A stretch of DNA of 64,000 bases from Felis catus (Eukaryota): positions 198,650,001 to 198,714,000 of the forward strand of contig NC_058368.1 in assembly GCF_018350175.1 (NCBI RefSeq), in the 5' to 3' direction. Made by a program: the position numbers and the translations under genes. Shown one piece after another: positions 62,590 through 64,000 of the stretch. How positions within the stretch are numbered: position 1 is the first letter of the stretch; each line of letters starts with the position of its first letter. Under the pieces are notes generated by a model that saw only the letters and a list, made by a program, of their open reading frames with translations, searched no databases and had not been told where the DNA came from.

Positions 62590-62970
62590 GGGGCGCCTAG
62601 GGGGCTCAGTCGCTTGCATCTGCCTCTTGATATCAGCTCAGGTCATGATTTCACAGTGAGTTCGTTTGTTCATAAGTTCGAGCCCCTCATGGGGGCTCCA
62701 TGTTGACAGTGTGGGTCCTACTTGGGATTCTCCCTCTCTCCCTCTCTCCCTCTCTCCCTCCCTCCCTCCCTCTCTCCCTCCCTCCCTCCTTCCCTCCCTC
62801 CCTCCCTCTCTCCCCCCCTCCCTCCCTCCCTCCCCCCCTCCCTCCCTCCCTCCCCCTCTCCCCCCTCCCTCCCTCCCTCCCTCTCTCCCCCTCTCCTCCT
62901 CCCCCTCTCTCCCTCTCTCCCTCTCTCCATCCACCCCCCTCAAAATCAATACATGTAAAAAAAAATAATA
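62590..62970 (+). mobile_element. Can-SINE with greatly expanded (CCCT)n/(CT)n tract
   Basis: Head ggggcgcctagggggctcagtc; 201 nt of pure C/T at 62728-62928; A tail; degenerate TSD aaa(g/t)gagtgt(g/a)g(t/c)ttct. Confidence 0.92.
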
Positions 62971-64000
62971 AATGAGTGTAGCTTCTGTTTTTCTGATAGA
63001 ACTTTCTCAGCAAGGTTAAGTTTTAACTGGTCCTAATCTGTATCTATTTTGGTCTCAAGTTCCTCTCAAAATACTTGTGTGATAACTTTCTAATTACACA
63101 TATTCTCTCCTAGTCCCTTTAATTGATTGAAGCAAAGTTGGAATTCTCCCCAGAAAGCAGAAAGGATCTACCTGTTAGGACCAGTTACAGGTTAGCAAGA
63201 GTTTGCTGGACGTAAGCTGGATACTCAGTTTTTGATAACTCACGGTCTGAATATTGGAAAAGGAAGTTTCAGTGGATTACTTTCCTCAAACTGTGTTTGT
63301 AAAAATGTAAGTAATACTCATAGCAGCGGGTACATAAAGGAGACAGGTTTTCCAGATGTATATGAGAGCATGCGAAATTGAGAGACCAGGTCGGGATGTT
63401 AGCGAGCAGAGGAAACCCAACTGTTCCAGGCAATCAACAAAAAAGGAAAGAGGAATCCTAAAGGTAGAACAGAGGAAGGAATTGGAAAGTGGCATTTTCT
63501 AGAAAATTAAAATGAAAATCCTACTAAAAAACTACTCGATAGATGAACTGCAGTCTCTGGGGATATACCCCCCCCCCCCCCACATATGCCATACAATTTA
63601 CTCATGTAAAGTGTGCGACTTACGTCTTTTTAGTATACTCGAGATGCATAATCATCCTCTGGAAAGACACGTTTGCATTCACAGTGCCTTAACTTGTCTG
63701 TCCATCATCTTTATACTATTCACGAAAGAGGAGATTTGCTTGCCCACTTGTCTGAGTAAATTAACCTATTTGAGCTAACTCCAAATATTGAATGTATTGT
63801 TGTGTGTTTGGTACAGAATTTAGCTACGGTTTTGGATGAACACTTCCATAGATGAGCACAGTGTCTCAGGTAACTTTGCTGGATTGTGTGTTCTGTGATA
63901 GAATTTGTCCTGTCACAAAATGGTTTGCCAACACTGGGCTGGCTTTCCATGGCTTTTTTTTGTTTTTGTTTTTTTAATTGGGTTCAAAGATTATATGAAG

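Noticed and set aside
62638..63013. Proline-rich and Gly/Arg/Glu-rich ORFs
   Set aside because: Translations of the (CCCT)n tract in a SINE.

Overview
Non-coding mammalian DNA from a carnivore, most likely a felid: five young copies match the cat SINEC_Fc consensus as I recall it. I find no convincing protein-coding exon, RNA gene, CRISPR array or prokaryotic-style system. The listed ORFs I could place fall in SINEs, degenerate L1/L2, LTRs or microsatellites, and none resembles a protein I recognise beyond decayed L1 ORF2. The window holds about 22 Can-SINEs (many with readable target-site duplications, TSDs), several L1 fragments, MaLR/ERVL/ERV1 solo LTRs, hAT-Charlie DNA transposons, MIR/L2 relics and simple repeats. 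LTRs lie mostly on the minus strand and poly-T runs on the plus strand, which suggests a large intron of a plus-strand gene that I cannot identify. The most interesting signals are mutational footprints. (1) A 139-bp local templated duplication flanked by an 8-bp direct repeat (42117-42255, copy of 45344-45480). (2) A 5'-inverted L1 whose breakpoints carry a perfect 10-bp inverted repeat. (3) Two SINEs inserted sequentially at the same target site, giving a triple TSD. (4) A MER5 MITE hit by three SINEs. (5) A 201-nt pure pyrimidine expansion inside a SINE. Repeat family names come from recalled consensus similarity and need RepeatMasker/Dfam confirmation; boundaries of old repeats are approximate.
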